DNA of 64,000 nt from Nymphaea colorata. Lineage: Eukaryota. A program made the translations under genes and the position numbers. Each line of letters opens with the position of its first letter. Positions within the stretch are counted from its first letter, which is position 1. Of the stretch, positions 51,312 to 64,000 are shown piece by piece. Under the pieces are notes generated by a model. That model saw nothing but the letters and a program-made list of their open reading frames with translations. It was not told the DNA's origin and made no database searches. The stretch lies in NCBI RefSeq assembly GCF_008831285.2, contig NC_045138.2, positions 43,462,001 to 43,526,000 of the forward strand. The letters are read 5' to 3'.

Positions 51312-54027
51312 TGTTCACACCCCACCCCTTTCTTGATGGTGTCAAATGCGAATCAGCAAAATTATTTTAAAATTGAGGTTTTGATGAAAAATTTTCAAGA
51401 GAAAGAGATCCGCCCATCGGTACGAGGTCCAACCGTTCCTGCCGCCTTTAACAGGGGTAATTGGACCAAGGACTAAAGATCATTTGGATCATATACGAAT
51501 TTTTGATGCAAATCCTATATGCTTATGCATTGAGATTTTAGATTCAAGAACCAAAATTCATTTTGAATAAGTGATTTGAACTCGTTTTGAAGATTGGAGG
51601 ATTCTTTAAGTTGGTTCAAAAACCTTTGTTTTTGTGCTATTTGATTTGAAATACATAATTCTTGAGGATTTTGAAGATTGAAATTGAGTTCCTTGTTATG
51701 AACTTTAGATGGTTCATGAGTTGAAATTATGATCAACTTTTGGAAAATAGCTAAATTTACTTAGCAAAGAAAATTGATTTTTTTCAATTCTTCTTTTGCC
51801 AAATCATGTGATCTGGTTTGGTAGAGTTCATTTTTTTTATAAAACATAGGTTCCAAATTGTTAAAAACCGTGTTGTTTTCTAAACACACTTTGGTCAAAA
51901 TTATGAATGCATTGCTTGTGTTTTCTTTTGAAGTTAAGAGAAGTTTACAAATTATTGTTGCAATATGACTTGGTCACTTTTTGCAACTCAAATTTGAATC
52001 ACTTAATTTCTTGAGAATATGCATGTGGTGCTATTGATTTTAAGTGAAAGTGAATGCATGAGATGAGAAGTAAAACTATATGAAACATTCATTCTTCTGT
52101 CTCTCATAATCTCTCAAAATTCATTCATTGCAGTCACACGTCATACCATCTATGCATGAAGATTGATTTTTTATTAAATGTAGGAGTCTCTCTAAATGCG
52201 CTTATATATTATTGAGCACCAAAAATTAGAGATGTAGTCCATAAGCTTGAGTTTTAACATAAAATTATTAAAATGATGAAAAATATACAAATGATGCCAA
52301 AATCAATTTTTGAAATAGATGGGAGACGTGGATGACGTCCACTTTTGTCTCAAGATAGCCAAAAATTAGATCTAGTATTGATTTAGATAGCTGAAAGTTG
52401 TGGACATTGATTCCAATGAAGACCTTATTTCTTAGATAGAAATGACAGTCCTTCAAACCTATTCAAATTTCACATTTCGTATTCATGAAATCATCAACTT
52501 CTTTGGATGATTCTAAGATAGTTAGCATTTCAAATATGTAAACTTTGACATTCTTAAGACAATTCCCATAAAACATGGTCTAATTCCAGCAACTTACATA
52601 CATTTTACGTATGGATTGCTGAAATTAAATAAAAATGAAATGAAAATGATTTCATAGTCTTACACTACGAAAATCAACAAAATGATCCACCTTCTTAAAA
52701 TCCAGTTTAAAAACGTATTCCAACCTGATTTTAAAAAAGAAAAATGATTTTTAACAAGAGATTGCATGTGTATATATATAACAATATATATATATATATA
52801 TATGCGCATCTTACTTTCAAAATGGGATTTAATCAAGGGACCGCATGACTCATGAATCATGATGATCCATGGCTGGGTTCTTTTACGTAGAAAGATTGAA
52901 AAGTTGTTTCTAATCTCCTCTACCTCCCTTGATCGATTAAATTGAAAGACATGAATCCGAATAACTTCAAATGAGAAGGAAAACAACAATGCTCAAGCTA
53001 ATTCATCCATAATGTTGCCATGTGAGGGCGAATCACATTCATAATCCATCCCTAATAGGCATTTTCATTACATATGTTGCAGCAAAATCACTCTCTCACC
53101 ATAGGATTCTCTCATGGTGAGGAGTTCAAAATGGTTTTAAGCTCGTCGTTTTGAAAGGGACGTGGCCTTGGGGCCCTTTTCAAAATTTGATACATGGGTT
53201 CATTTTTAAGAAAAACCAACATATGCATGCATTATGCATTAACATGTACATTGAATCGTAGGTTTCCCTTAGCCGGACTTCATTCCCAGCTATAAAATAC
53301 ATGAAAATAAACCCTCCCCACGAGTTGCTGAAATTAAAATGAACCAACAAGAAGCTAAAGTATATGAGAAATGACTTAAAATTACCTACCTTGCGGTCAG
53401 TCTTGATACTTGATCTTCGCCTTTACCTGTTTTCTAAATCGAACAATCCTAAGTAAGAATCCAAGCTTGGATTTGAGCTTAGCAAAGATAGAAAAAGAAT
53501 AGCTTGCTTGCTGGAATTTATAGTAGGAAAGAAGGCTTCTCACCATGAAAATCTTAAGTAAGGGTTCACTTAAGCACCATAACTTAGCAAAATCAATGGA
53601 GAGAAATGAGGAAGAAAATATGAGAAAAGGGGGAAGAGGGCTTGAACGAATTTTTTTTAATTGGGGGGGGCATGACCCTTGGGGGGCTCTTGACCACACG
53701 GGTTAGGTGGGGCCCACACGTGGGTCCCACGTAGCATTCTAGACTAAATTAGATCCAATTATTGGATCTAAGTCAAAATTTGAATTTTGCAATTGGATTT
53801 GGATTTCAAATGACATTTGTAATTGAATTTGGATTTCAAATCCTAATTTGAACATAGTTTGGACTTGTAATCATGCATTGGGATTTGTGTCATGTGTTAA
53901 ATTCATTATTCGAATCCAAATTATGTTTAGGTTCGAAACTGGCTTTGAAATTATAATTTTTCACAATTTTTTTGTAAAATTTTGATATCGCTCTAGTTCC
54001 GATATGGAGAAATTTGGGGTGTTAACA
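51312..54027 (-). repeat. Ogre 5' LTR (2716 bp; carries a ~1.1-kb internal deletion)
   Basis: Homologous to the 3' LTR except that the equivalent of ~40631-41730 is missing at ~53650. Confidence 0.93.
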
Positions 54028-56065
54028 ACCTTAATTTATACCACAAGTTGTTACAAGAATATTACGAATCAAAGAATTAAATAGCTATATTGGATAGAAG
54101 AAGTTTCTAGATACTTCTGATATGATTTGATTTTCCACAATTGCAAACTATAGCACATTTTCTAATACTTCACCTAAGACAGAAAAATTATGTACCACAA
54201 AAAAAATTGTACACAGTTTGCTCTAAATAGCATCTTGAAATACCCTTAACATTGAAGATGGACATTGATGATGGCTACTAGAAAACTACTAAATTACTCC
54301 CATGTTCTACAATATTCTTCCAATAAATTGCAAATTTACAAATAAGAAGACCTACAACATTCAAAATTACTTGATTGGAGCATAGGAGAAAAGAAGTGGA
54401 AGTAAAGGTCAAGTTATGGCTTTCACTGCTATCTATGTCAATAGCAGGGAGAAGTGTAGACAAAAAGGAAAAAAATGAGAGGACAAGTGGGGCAGGTTTT
54501 TTTGAGTCGCAAATGCCCATCCACCTTGCTCACACAATCGTGGAAATGATTAGGATTTCTTCGTTTATGAAGATGACCTATGAAACAAATTTTTTTTCTT
54601 ATTCATTGTTAAAAAAAAGGTTGACCATTCACATACAATAGGTGATTAGTCTGACAAGTTCCTCACTGTCTGCATGCTCACCACAACAGAGCTTGCATCG
54701 TTCCCCATTCTATTGGATTTCAACCATCAGTGTTGTTCGATATCTCATGTAGTGGGTGCATGGCCGACACAGGTCTCTAGCAAATTCTCCACCCCACACC
54801 AAGCATTTCCCCTTGCTTAGAGATCTTGGATGCAGCATGCTGCCATGATTGAAGGCATTGATATTCTCCTTCCCATACAGAACCTTCATGTTCATCTTTT
54901 TCCTTTTTTTTTCCATTAACTTTCCCCACTATCAAAATTAGAGTTTTGGGTCCAAATTTTTATCCTCTTCCGAAAATGATGTTTTGTAAAAATGCGGTTT
55001 TCTACAAAGATGCTTGTTTGTCATCCAAATGCTCACAAAACTTGGTTTCCAGGTTTTTTAGTGTCAGCCAAACAGCCACTTGGTTGTTTTTTATATGTTT
55101 CTATCTTCTTCAATGTGAAAAGCAATAATTGGAAACTATACTATGTTAAGATTTCAGGTTTGGCTGTAGTTGAGTATTATCTTACTAGATTGCATAAGAC
55201 TTGTTATAGCCAAGCTAACTAAATCTGATTTAAATGTATCAACAAAATAGAAGCATTTATAAGTTCCATTCAAAATTAGAAAAAACAGTACTATCAAGGG
55301 TATGCCCTTATACTAGAATTTATGTTATAGGAGTAGAACATGAGGGATAAAATAATTTTATAGAGGCACTTTAGCAATGACAACTTCACAATGTTTTTGA
55401 CTAATAGTGAAAACAAATTATCCAATAAGTGTAAAACCTCTTGTTGAAAGTTTTGCTAGATTATAATCTTCCAAGAATCTAATTATTTACCATGTCTATC
55501 CTTTCTCACTCAAGGTGAGGTCATCTAGGCTGCAAGTGTTACTTGGAACATGGTTTTTCTGCCTTGCACGAAATTGGTGTACTAGTTTTTCAAATTTCCA
55601 ACTAGTTTGCATTTCCTATTCTGGTGTTCCATCTTGTATGGATGCATCTCGAGCTTCATCTTCACCCTCATGGCTTTGAACTGAGGGCCCTCTACAAAGA
55701 ACAATATGTCTCTATATCTTGCTTCTTTTTTCAGCTTGGCTCTCTGTGCCCACCACCCCCCTCTTTCCTTTCTCGGCCACTCACCTGGTGCTCCATATTC
55801 GTGTCTACCTACAAAAATCCTAGGGGAACAACTAAAGTGGAGGGACTAGCATCAGCTCAATTGGGTTGTGGTTATCCTCTTTAGTAGTTGTTTCTTTTAC
55901 TGTAGAGATGGCTGTCCTCAGTTCCCCCAAGCTCCATGAGAGTTGTTTTTGGGACCTCCATACCTCCTAAGATTAAGGCCTTGCTTAGGCCTCTATTGAC
56001 TCATCTGTATTAATTATTCTCCTGCTGCACCAGGGATTGCTCATAGTGTCTAGATCCAGGTGATT

Positions 56066-56636
56066 CATGGTCTTCCTCCTCACTCTATATAAGAAGTTGG
56101 AAGCAATCAGTTGTTTGAATCAGGAAACATTGTCTGTGGTTGTTTACTATACCAGGCTGAGCCACTGAAGGCTTATTGGAATGAAGTTTCATCTTATGAT
56201 GTGCTTCTTCCTTGTTTATGTGGAGCTATGGGATAAATTTCAGCAAAGCAATAGGGAGACAGTCATAGAGTTTCTAATGACCTTAAATGAACCTTACAAT
56301 AGTATTAGAGGCCAGATTCTACTCCTTGATCCTCAACTAAAATCTATGCATTGGAACTGCAAGACGAAGAGCAACAAGAAGCGTGGAGTCAAGTTTCTAT
56401 GCCTAAACATGTAAGTTTAGTTGCTTCAGATAATAGATCTATAAAAAATCAAAACAATAGGAAGCAACAATTCTTTTGTACTTATTGTCATGTCTTGGGC
56501 CATACTCTTGATTGTTGTTTCAACTTAAATGGATTTTCATACAATCAAAGGAGCAAAATCAAAATCTAAGAAGGGGTCAAATGCATCTAGTGTGGAACTG
56601 GACAAGATAAACCAATCTACTACAACTTCAATCATT
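56066..56636 (+). pseudogene. Old Copia: gag C-terminal part and zinc knuckle (left of the nested Copia)
   Basis: ISCLNQETLSVVVYYTRL; EFLMTLNEPYNSIRGQILLLDP; FCTYCHVLGHTLDCC. Confidence 0.82.
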
Positions 56637-59600
56637 TGTTAAAATATAAATCCTTCACCAGCACGTTGAAGAGGAGTCTCTTAGGATTCCACCTCCTTGT
56701 AGAATGTGTTAAGATATTTAATGTCCTTGTAACATGTGAAGAGTCTCCTAGGATTCTATGTTGTAGTTAATATCCTTGTAATATGTGAAGTCTCTTAGGT
56801 TTCTATAATGTAATTAATGTCCTTGGAGCTTGTGAAATCTCCTAGGATTCTACGATTGGAGACTCTTAGAATTCTGGAAATGGGATTATAAATAGAGGCC
56901 GTGCAAACCATTTTGGCCATGGCTTCTTCTCCTCAGTTTCTTCTTGTTTTCATTCTCTCTCTCTCTCTCTCTCTCTTCCTGCGTGAGTGCTGTTTTCTGG
57001 TTACAGATATTGGTGCTAGATTTCTATCATGGTATTAGAGCGCCAGGTTACGTTATCTCTACCAAACGAAATGCCCAAACAGGTCTGATCTGGTTAGAAC
57101 TCTTTTCTCATCTTGTCTCTATCCTGAATTTACTTTTCTCTTGCGCAATTCTTGTTCGTTTTTCTTCTTGCTTACCCAAGGACACATCTTGTTATATCGT
57201 GTCTTCTTTCCCTCTCATCTTCTACCTATATACCATTCCTTTCTGCTGTCATGGAAAACCTTTCGCATTCTGGCATGTCCTCAAGTTTTCTTCCTCACCT
57301 TATTACCGAAAAACTCAACCATGAGAATTATCTGATCTGAAAAAGGCAAATCATGCCTTTCATAAGAAGTCAAGGCCTCTTTGGACATCTCGATGGTTCA
57401 ACAAAGGCTCTACCAATATCCGTTTTACAGGAAATAAAAAATGAGGCAGGAGAAGTTATTGCTGTTCATGAAGACAACAATCCTGAACATGCTATGTGGA
57501 TGAGACGTGATCAAAGTCTGGTTGCGTATATTTTGTCCACTTTATCTCAACAAGTGTTACTTTCAGTTTCTGATGATTGTACTGCAGAAGAATTATCGGA
57601 AACCCTTGCTGATACCTTTTCCCAAATATCAGAAGCTCGAATTATGTACTTAAAGAAAGAATTTCAGAATTTGAGCAAAGGTTCAACGTCTATCATGGAT
57701 TATTTGGGGAGTATTAAGGCCATCGCAGACCAACTTGCTGCCTCGGGGAATAACATTTCTGATAAGGAAAAGGTGTAGCAAACCTTGAATGGACTTGGGC
57801 ATGATTATCATGCTTTTATTACAACATGAAATGAATATGAAAAGAGTCATTGAAAGGACTGATCAAGGGAACTCCCAAAATGTGTTGGCTATGAATGTAA
57901 AGTTTGGTAAGAGCCATGGGAACTCCAACCTTGGTGGTCGTGGCATTCTACCAACACCACATAACCAAGGTATGTCTCCTGTGGATACTTCAAGAAAAAT
58001 ACCAATTTGTTTTCAGTGCAACAAGAAAGGACACATGAAGGCACAGTGTTGGTTTAATCCTCAAAATAAAAACAAAGGGGTAAGACATGATTATAAACAA
58101 GGAGGACAAAGTTCTAAATCCACCGCTGAAGATATGCAACAGCTATTGATGACCGCATTCTCAAAGATGACTATAAAGCAAAATGAGCAGGGAGAATGGT
58201 TCTTGGATTCAGGTGCAGCTACCCATGTGACAGGAAATGCAGGTAAATTGACTAACTTATCCCCTCATTACGGTAGAAGTTGCATTATAACAGGTAATGG
58301 AAAATCTCATCCCATTACACATATTGGAAATGCACATATTCCATTGTCATCCTCGTCTCTATCATTGTCTAATGTTGTTCTTGCTCCCAATATCAAAAAG
58401 AACATCATTTCCATTTCTAAACTCATTGATGATACAAGCTCTTCTGTTGAATTCACACCTTCTTCTGTCTATGTCAAGGACCTCCAAACGAAGAAAATGT
58501 TTGCTAGAGGGGAGCGTCAAGGGAATATGTACGTCCTCAAGGAATGTCTACCCAAGGATTCATCCACTTTTGATATAGGATTGAAGACATTTTCTCTTTC
58601 TCATAATGCGTCATCAGTGCCAAGTTCTTGCCATTTTCAATCAAAAGTAAGGGGCCCTAACCAATTTTTGGAGTCTGATTTGTGGCATAGTCAGCTAGGA
58701 CACTGTGGTCGACATTTCATTGAAAAACTTGTCACAGATAGTCTCATTCCAAGATCAAGTTTACCTCTTACTTCAAGTGTCAAAAAATGTTCAAGTTGTG
58801 GACTTTGTAAGAGTCATGTTTTACCTTTCCATAATATAAATCAAAAGGCTTCCAAACCTTTTGAAACTATTTTTTCTGATGTATGGGGGCCAGCCCCTAT
58901 TGATTCCATGTCTGGGTCAAGATATTATGTCTTATTCATTGACTCTTACTCACGTTTCACCTGGATTTACTTTATGAAACACAAATCAGAAGTACCTCAC
59001 ATATTTCGAAACTTCTATGCCATGATTCAAACTAAATTTTCATCCAATGTGGTGCATTTTCAATGTGATGGAGGGGGAGAATATTCCTCGCTTGATTTTA
59101 TTGAATTTCTATGTGAAAAAGGGATAACTAAACAAATTTTCTGCCCTTACACACCACAACAAAATGGTGTAGTTGAGCGGAAACATCGACATATAGTTGA
59201 AAGCGCCATGAGCATGATGCATGATACTAATGTGCCCATTTCCTTGTGGACTGAAGCCTTCCATACTGCTGTATACATAATAAATTGTTTGCCTATGACA
59301 CTCTTGATGTATAAATCACCATATTTTACACTCTTAGGCAAACAACCTGATTACAAGAACTTGAAGGTTTTTGGTTGTGTATGCTATGTTCACGTTGATG
59401 CTGCCTTGAGGAACAAGTTTCAAGACAAAGCTATTCAATGTAGATTCGTTGGATACGCTGATGAATATAAAGGTTTTCGATGCTATGATCCAACAACTAA
59501 ACGTATCAAAACTTCAAGAAATGTCATTTTTGATAAACATAGTTTTGATAATACAAATGAAATGCCTATGACCATTGAATCTTATGATCCCTGGACCAGT

Positions 59601-61808
59601 ACACAGTTATTCAATGCAGATCCTGTTATAAAAAATGATGTGCCTCAAAATGAAGATCCAGAGAGAGCAATACAACCGTCGGATATGGCTCAAAGTGAAA
59701 ATCAAGAAGATCCAACACAGTCATCAAGTCATCATGAAAACAATAATGAAGAACAGAGCAACGATGCACATCGATATTCGGGTCTTATCTACAGTCGACG
59801 ACTAAGGGACAGAGATGCTCACAGTGAAGAAGACAACATGCCCCACCTTAGAAGATCCCAACGCATTCGTCATCCCATTCACAGGTGGGTTAGCTATGAT
59901 TCTTTATCACTTGATTTTCAGTTATTCATGGCAAAAGTTGGCAAGGAGGAAGAACCTACTTCATTTGATCAAGTATCAAAATCACATCATTGGAGAAAGA
60001 CTATGAAAGAAGAAATGGATGCCTTGCATGAATGTGGAACATGGGAGATCGTTCCGAGGCCACACGAAAAGAACGTAGTGGGCTCCAAATGGGTATACAA
60101 AATTAAATACAAACCTGACGGCAGCATAGAAAGACACAAAGCAAGGTTAGTAGCAAAAGGGTTTACACAACAATATGGAGAAGATTATGATGAGACATTT
60201 AGCCCTGTGATCAAAATGGGAACAATTCGCGTGATTATATCATTGGCAGTTGAATATGGATGGAGACTACATCAAATGGACGTGAAGAATGCTTTTCTTC
60301 ATGGTGATTTAAGGGAGGAAGTATATATGGAACAACCTCCAGGATACACGAAAGGAGACTCTCATGCATGGGTTTGCAAACTAAGAAAATCTATTTATGG
60401 ACTTAAACAGGCCTCACGTTCGTGGTTTGACAGTTTCTCTTGCAAGATTCAAGAATGTGGTTTTCGGAGATGTCCTCTAGATCACTCTCTTTTCATTTAT
60501 CGAAAGGAAAACATATTTACTTTACTTCTTATATATGTTGATGATATTGTTATCACAGGCAATTCAGAAAAACACATAGAAGAAGCTAAAGTTTTGATGA
60601 TGCAGAACTTCAAAATGAAAGAGCTTGGTGATTTACGATTCTATCTTGGAGTGGAGATTGATAGGCACAATAATCACCTCACATTGACACAACACGTTGG
60701 ATCTGCTGAAAAAGTCAGGCATGTCAGATTGTAAGCCTGTTGGAACTCCTAGTGTTCTAAATCAAAGACTAGGTGCTCAAGATGGGGAGTTATATGAAGA
60801 TCCTACGCAATATCAAAGTATTGTTGGGGCACCTCAATATCTTACATTTAATATAACAGATATTATATATGCTGTGAATCAAGTATCTCAATTTATGCAT
60901 GCACCTAGAGATACTCACATGGATGCTGTCAAAAGAATATTAAGATATCTTAAAGGGACAGCAGAAGATGGCTTAGTTTATGGTAAGAGTGAAAATATAA
61001 CTACTGGACATCAACTTATGACATTCACAGATGCAGATTGGGCTGGAGATCCCGATCAAAGAAAGTCCATTTCTGGTTTTTGTATTTTCATTGGACATAA
61101 TCTTGTGTCTTGGAGTTGTCGAAAGCAAAAGGCAGTAGCAAGATCCAGCACTGAAGCTGAATACAGATGCATGGCTGCAGGTACTGCTGAAGTTACATGG
61201 GTTAGACATTTACTAGAAGACATTGGAGAAAAGATTAAAATATCAATGTTAATGTGCGATAATCAAAGCGCTATTAACATTGCCTTTAATCCCGTACAAC
61301 ATGGTCGAACAAAGCACATTGAAATTGATCAACACTTTGTTAGACAAAAGGTGGAAGATAAGGAGATTCAGCCTATTTATGTTCGTACAGATGAACAAGT
61401 TGTAGACTTATTTACAAAAGGATTAACAAAGGAACGATTCTGGTTTCTAAAAGGCAAGTTGTACATGGTGCAAAACCATGCACAACTTGAGGGAGGGTGT
61501 TAAAATATAAATCCTTCACCAGCACGTTGAAGAGGAGTCTCTTAGGATTCCACCTCCTTGTAGAATGTGTTAAGATATTTAATGTCCTTGTAACATGTGA
61601 AGAGTCTCCTAGGATTCTATGTTGTAGTTAATATCCTTGTAATATGTGAAGTCTCTTAGGTTTCTATGATGTAATTAATGTCCTTGGAGCTTGTGAAATC
61701 TCCTAGGATTCTACGATTGGAGACTCTTAGAATTCTGGAAATGGGATTATAAATAGAGGCCGTGCAAACCATTTTGGCCACGGCTTCTTCTCCTCAGTTT
61801 CTTCTTGT

Positions 61809-61868
<60 letters not shown>

Positions 61869-61918
61869 TGCGTGAGTGCTGTTTTCTGGTTACAGATATT
61901 GGTGCTAGATTTCTATCA
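56637..61918 (+). mobile_element. Young full-length Ty1/Copia (Ale/Retrofit-like), 5282 bp
   Basis: LTRs 56637-57029 and 61498-61918 (TG...CA); perfect TSD TCATT; PBS TGGTATTAGAGC (tRNA-iMet, 1 mismatch) at 57030; PPT GAGGGAGGG. Confidence 0.97.
57251..61503 (+). pseudogene. Copia gag-pol polyprotein with 2 stops and 2 frameshifts
   Basis: ATG 57251; TGA 57338; TAG 57776; frameshifts at ~57820 and ~60695. Motifs CFQCNKKGHMKAQC, WFLDSGAATH, SDVWGP, QCDGGGEY, QMDVKNAFLHG, YVDDI, DADWAG, TKHIEID. Confidence 0.95.
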
Positions 61919-64000
61919 TCATTCACTGCTAAGACTCAATGAAGGAATCAGTACCTAGCTTCACATGGATGAATATGTTATGCTTAAACAACCTCTGAAA
62001 GGCAAGCTCGCTTCTTAGGCCACTTTCACATGTATGACATGTTCCCAAAGGAACATCTAGATAATCAACATTGGTGCTAGTGACCACATGTCGTCATCTC
62101 CTAATCTAATGACTTATGTGTTATCCTTGTCTTTATCATTTTTTGTAAAACTACTTGATAGTAAAATTGTTCATGCAACCTATATTGGTCGACTTTCCCT
62201 TTCACAATCATTAATTCATAATGATTGTATTTTCTACCCTGCTTTCTTTTTAATCTAGTGTCTGAGAGTAAACTAGCCCAACAATTTGGCTATCATGTTA
62301 TTTTTTATTCTCATGGTTGCTTTATGCAGGGCCTAAACTACATGATGATGACTGCTTTGGGTGACTTTAAAAATGGATTATCCATCTACATGCTTCCAAC
62401 CCCTTCGGCCTTCAATTCCACCATTTTGACAAGTGGCTTAAAGCATTTTGATGTCTGGAACCTAAGAACAAGACATCCCACTACGTCCAAGAGCCAATAG
62501 TTTTTTAAGTATGATTCTAATGTCAAATTGTCAAATAATTGTGTTGTGTGTAAGCTTTCAAAGCAAACTAGGTTGTCATTTAATTTGAGTGGGTCCTTCT
62601 CTTCTTCTCCACTTTAATTGTTGCACTGTGACATATGTTTCTTAACTATTGTTGATGATTATACCCAAGCTTTATAGGCATACCTCATAGAATGCAAGAG
62701 GGAAACAAGTTACAAGATGAGAAGTTTTATTAATATGGCAGAGAAACAACTCAAATCTGTTAGGATCAAGATAACAACTGAAAATGGACTGGAGTTCTTT
62801 TTAAGTGAGTTGAGAAATATTTTTGATCGATAAAGGAATTGTGGATCAACATTCGTCTACTTACACTCGCCAGTAGAATGAAGCAATGGAAGGAAGACAC
62901 CACCTCATCCTTGATGTTGCCAAGTACTCAAAATTTCAATCTGGATTACCACTGACACTCTGAGATGAGTGCACTCTTATTGTTGTTTATCTTATAATCA
63001 TGTTCCAACCTCCAGGCTGCAAAATCAAACTCCTCTTGAAGAACTGCTCAAAAGGAAACCATTCTACTCCCATCTTCATGCCTTCAATTGTCTCCACTAT
63101 GCAACCAAGTTGTACCCAAAGATTAAATTTGATCAAAGAGCTATTTGGTGTTACCCCATTGGACAACAAGCCTACAAACTCTATGACCTTGAAAAGCATA
63201 AAGTGCTTACAAGCAGAGATGTTACCTTTGTTGAAAATGTATTCCCCTTCAAACTAGCTAACAACTTTCCTAAGTCCCTTATTCTTCCATTACCCACTCT
63301 GGAGAATCAGCCTTATGAAAGCAATGGCTCTTTGGATACTATCAACCATGAACCAATGTCATTAAAGAACTAGAATCTCAGTTCAACTGAAAAAGAACTT
63401 GCTGAAAACAATTAAGTTATGAATTATGTACCAAAAGTTCTCAATCTGACCCTCAAAATACTCTTCCTATTGAAGTGACTAAAGTTCAATTGCTTCACAA
63501 TCTGATCAAAATCAGCAACGTTGCGTTTGGCGATCAACCTAAAGAACAAGGCCCTCAATACTATTGAGAGATTATTACTACAGAGCAGCTGTTGAAGGGT
63601 CACCTGCATCAGTGCATCAAAGAGGATGACTAAAACCAAGTACTCATTTTCCCAAGTTCTTCCCTTCTCTCGTTGTTCACTTTGTCACTTTGCTTTTCTG
63701 TTAAACATCTATTAGCATGTGGAACGTACATCCTTTGATAAAGCTATACATGATCCTAAATGGAAGAAAGCCATGATGAACCAAATTAAATCTTTAGAGG
63801 ACAACAGTACATGGAATCTTGTTTTGATTCCTATCAACATTAAACTTGTGCTGTGTAGATGAATGTATCAAATCGAGTATAAAAAAAAATGAAGAAGTTG
63901 AGAGGTTTAAGGCTATATTGGTGGCAAGTGTGATGATCAGGTAGAAGGGACTATTATGAAAACTTATGCAACAGTGGTCAAGTAGGTGACAATTCGTTGC
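61919..64000 (+). pseudogene. Old Copia continued: protease, integrase and start of RT (heavily decayed), runs off the right edge
   Basis: *IINIGASDHM, FLTIVDDY, AYKLYDLEKHKVLTSRDVTFVENVFPF, WKKAM..IKSLEDNSTWNLV, RFKAILVA. Confidence 0.85.

Larger units (their letters stand above)
38313..54027 (-). mobile_element. Full-length but degenerate Ty3/Gypsy Tat/Ogre LTR retrotransposon, 15,715 bp
   Basis: Perfect TSD ACCTT. 5' LTR 51312-54027, 3' LTR 38313-42103; PBS; PPT AAAGAGGGGCATC. Order: extra ORF-gag-PR-RT-RH-aRH-INT. Many stops and frameshifts. Confidence 0.95.

Noticed and set aside
38546..53699. Recurrent short ORFs in the LTRs (e.g. MIIISTHEPS... at 38546 and 51515)
   Set aside because: They recur only because the LTRs are duplicated; no coding signature.
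56860..56885. Heat-shock element in the Copia LTR (ONSEN-like)
   Set aside because: Only TTCnnGAA (two units) is present; no three-unit nGAAn array.
1..64000. CRISPR arrays, rRNA/tRNA genes, prokaryote-type systems
   Set aside because: Eukaryotic intron- and TE-rich DNA. There is no regular repeat-spacer array, and the tRNA-like matches are only PBS or SINE-like remnants.

Overview
Plant (angiosperm-type) nuclear DNA. It holds one intact host gene, a 14-exon MLO1-like (clade II) seven-transmembrane gene on the + strand (CDS 4385-26854, 508 aa reconstructed by hand). Almost everything else is transposon-derived. MLO intron 3 is 17,016 bp and is a stack of nested elements: a Tekay-like Gypsy 3' LTR, a hAT with a DUF659-type transposase remnant, hAT-derived non-autonomous elements, a solo LTR and a 5'-truncated Copia. 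Upstream lie a decayed FAR1/MULE transposase and two hAT-type MITEs. Downstream lie a solo Ogre LTR, a CACTA fragment, LINE and Copia relics, a full-length but dead 15.7-kb Tat/Ogre Gypsy element (extra plant-mobile-domain ORF, G-patch, archaeal-type RNase H), and a young Ale-type Copia nested in an older Copia. I found no clearly new biological system. The strongest unannotated signals are structural: a probable cryptic inversion that splits both a LINE and a Copia gag, a Gypsy/Copia deletion junction inside the MLO intron, and loss of the TATA region from the Ogre 5' LTR. All alignments were by eye; no searches were run.
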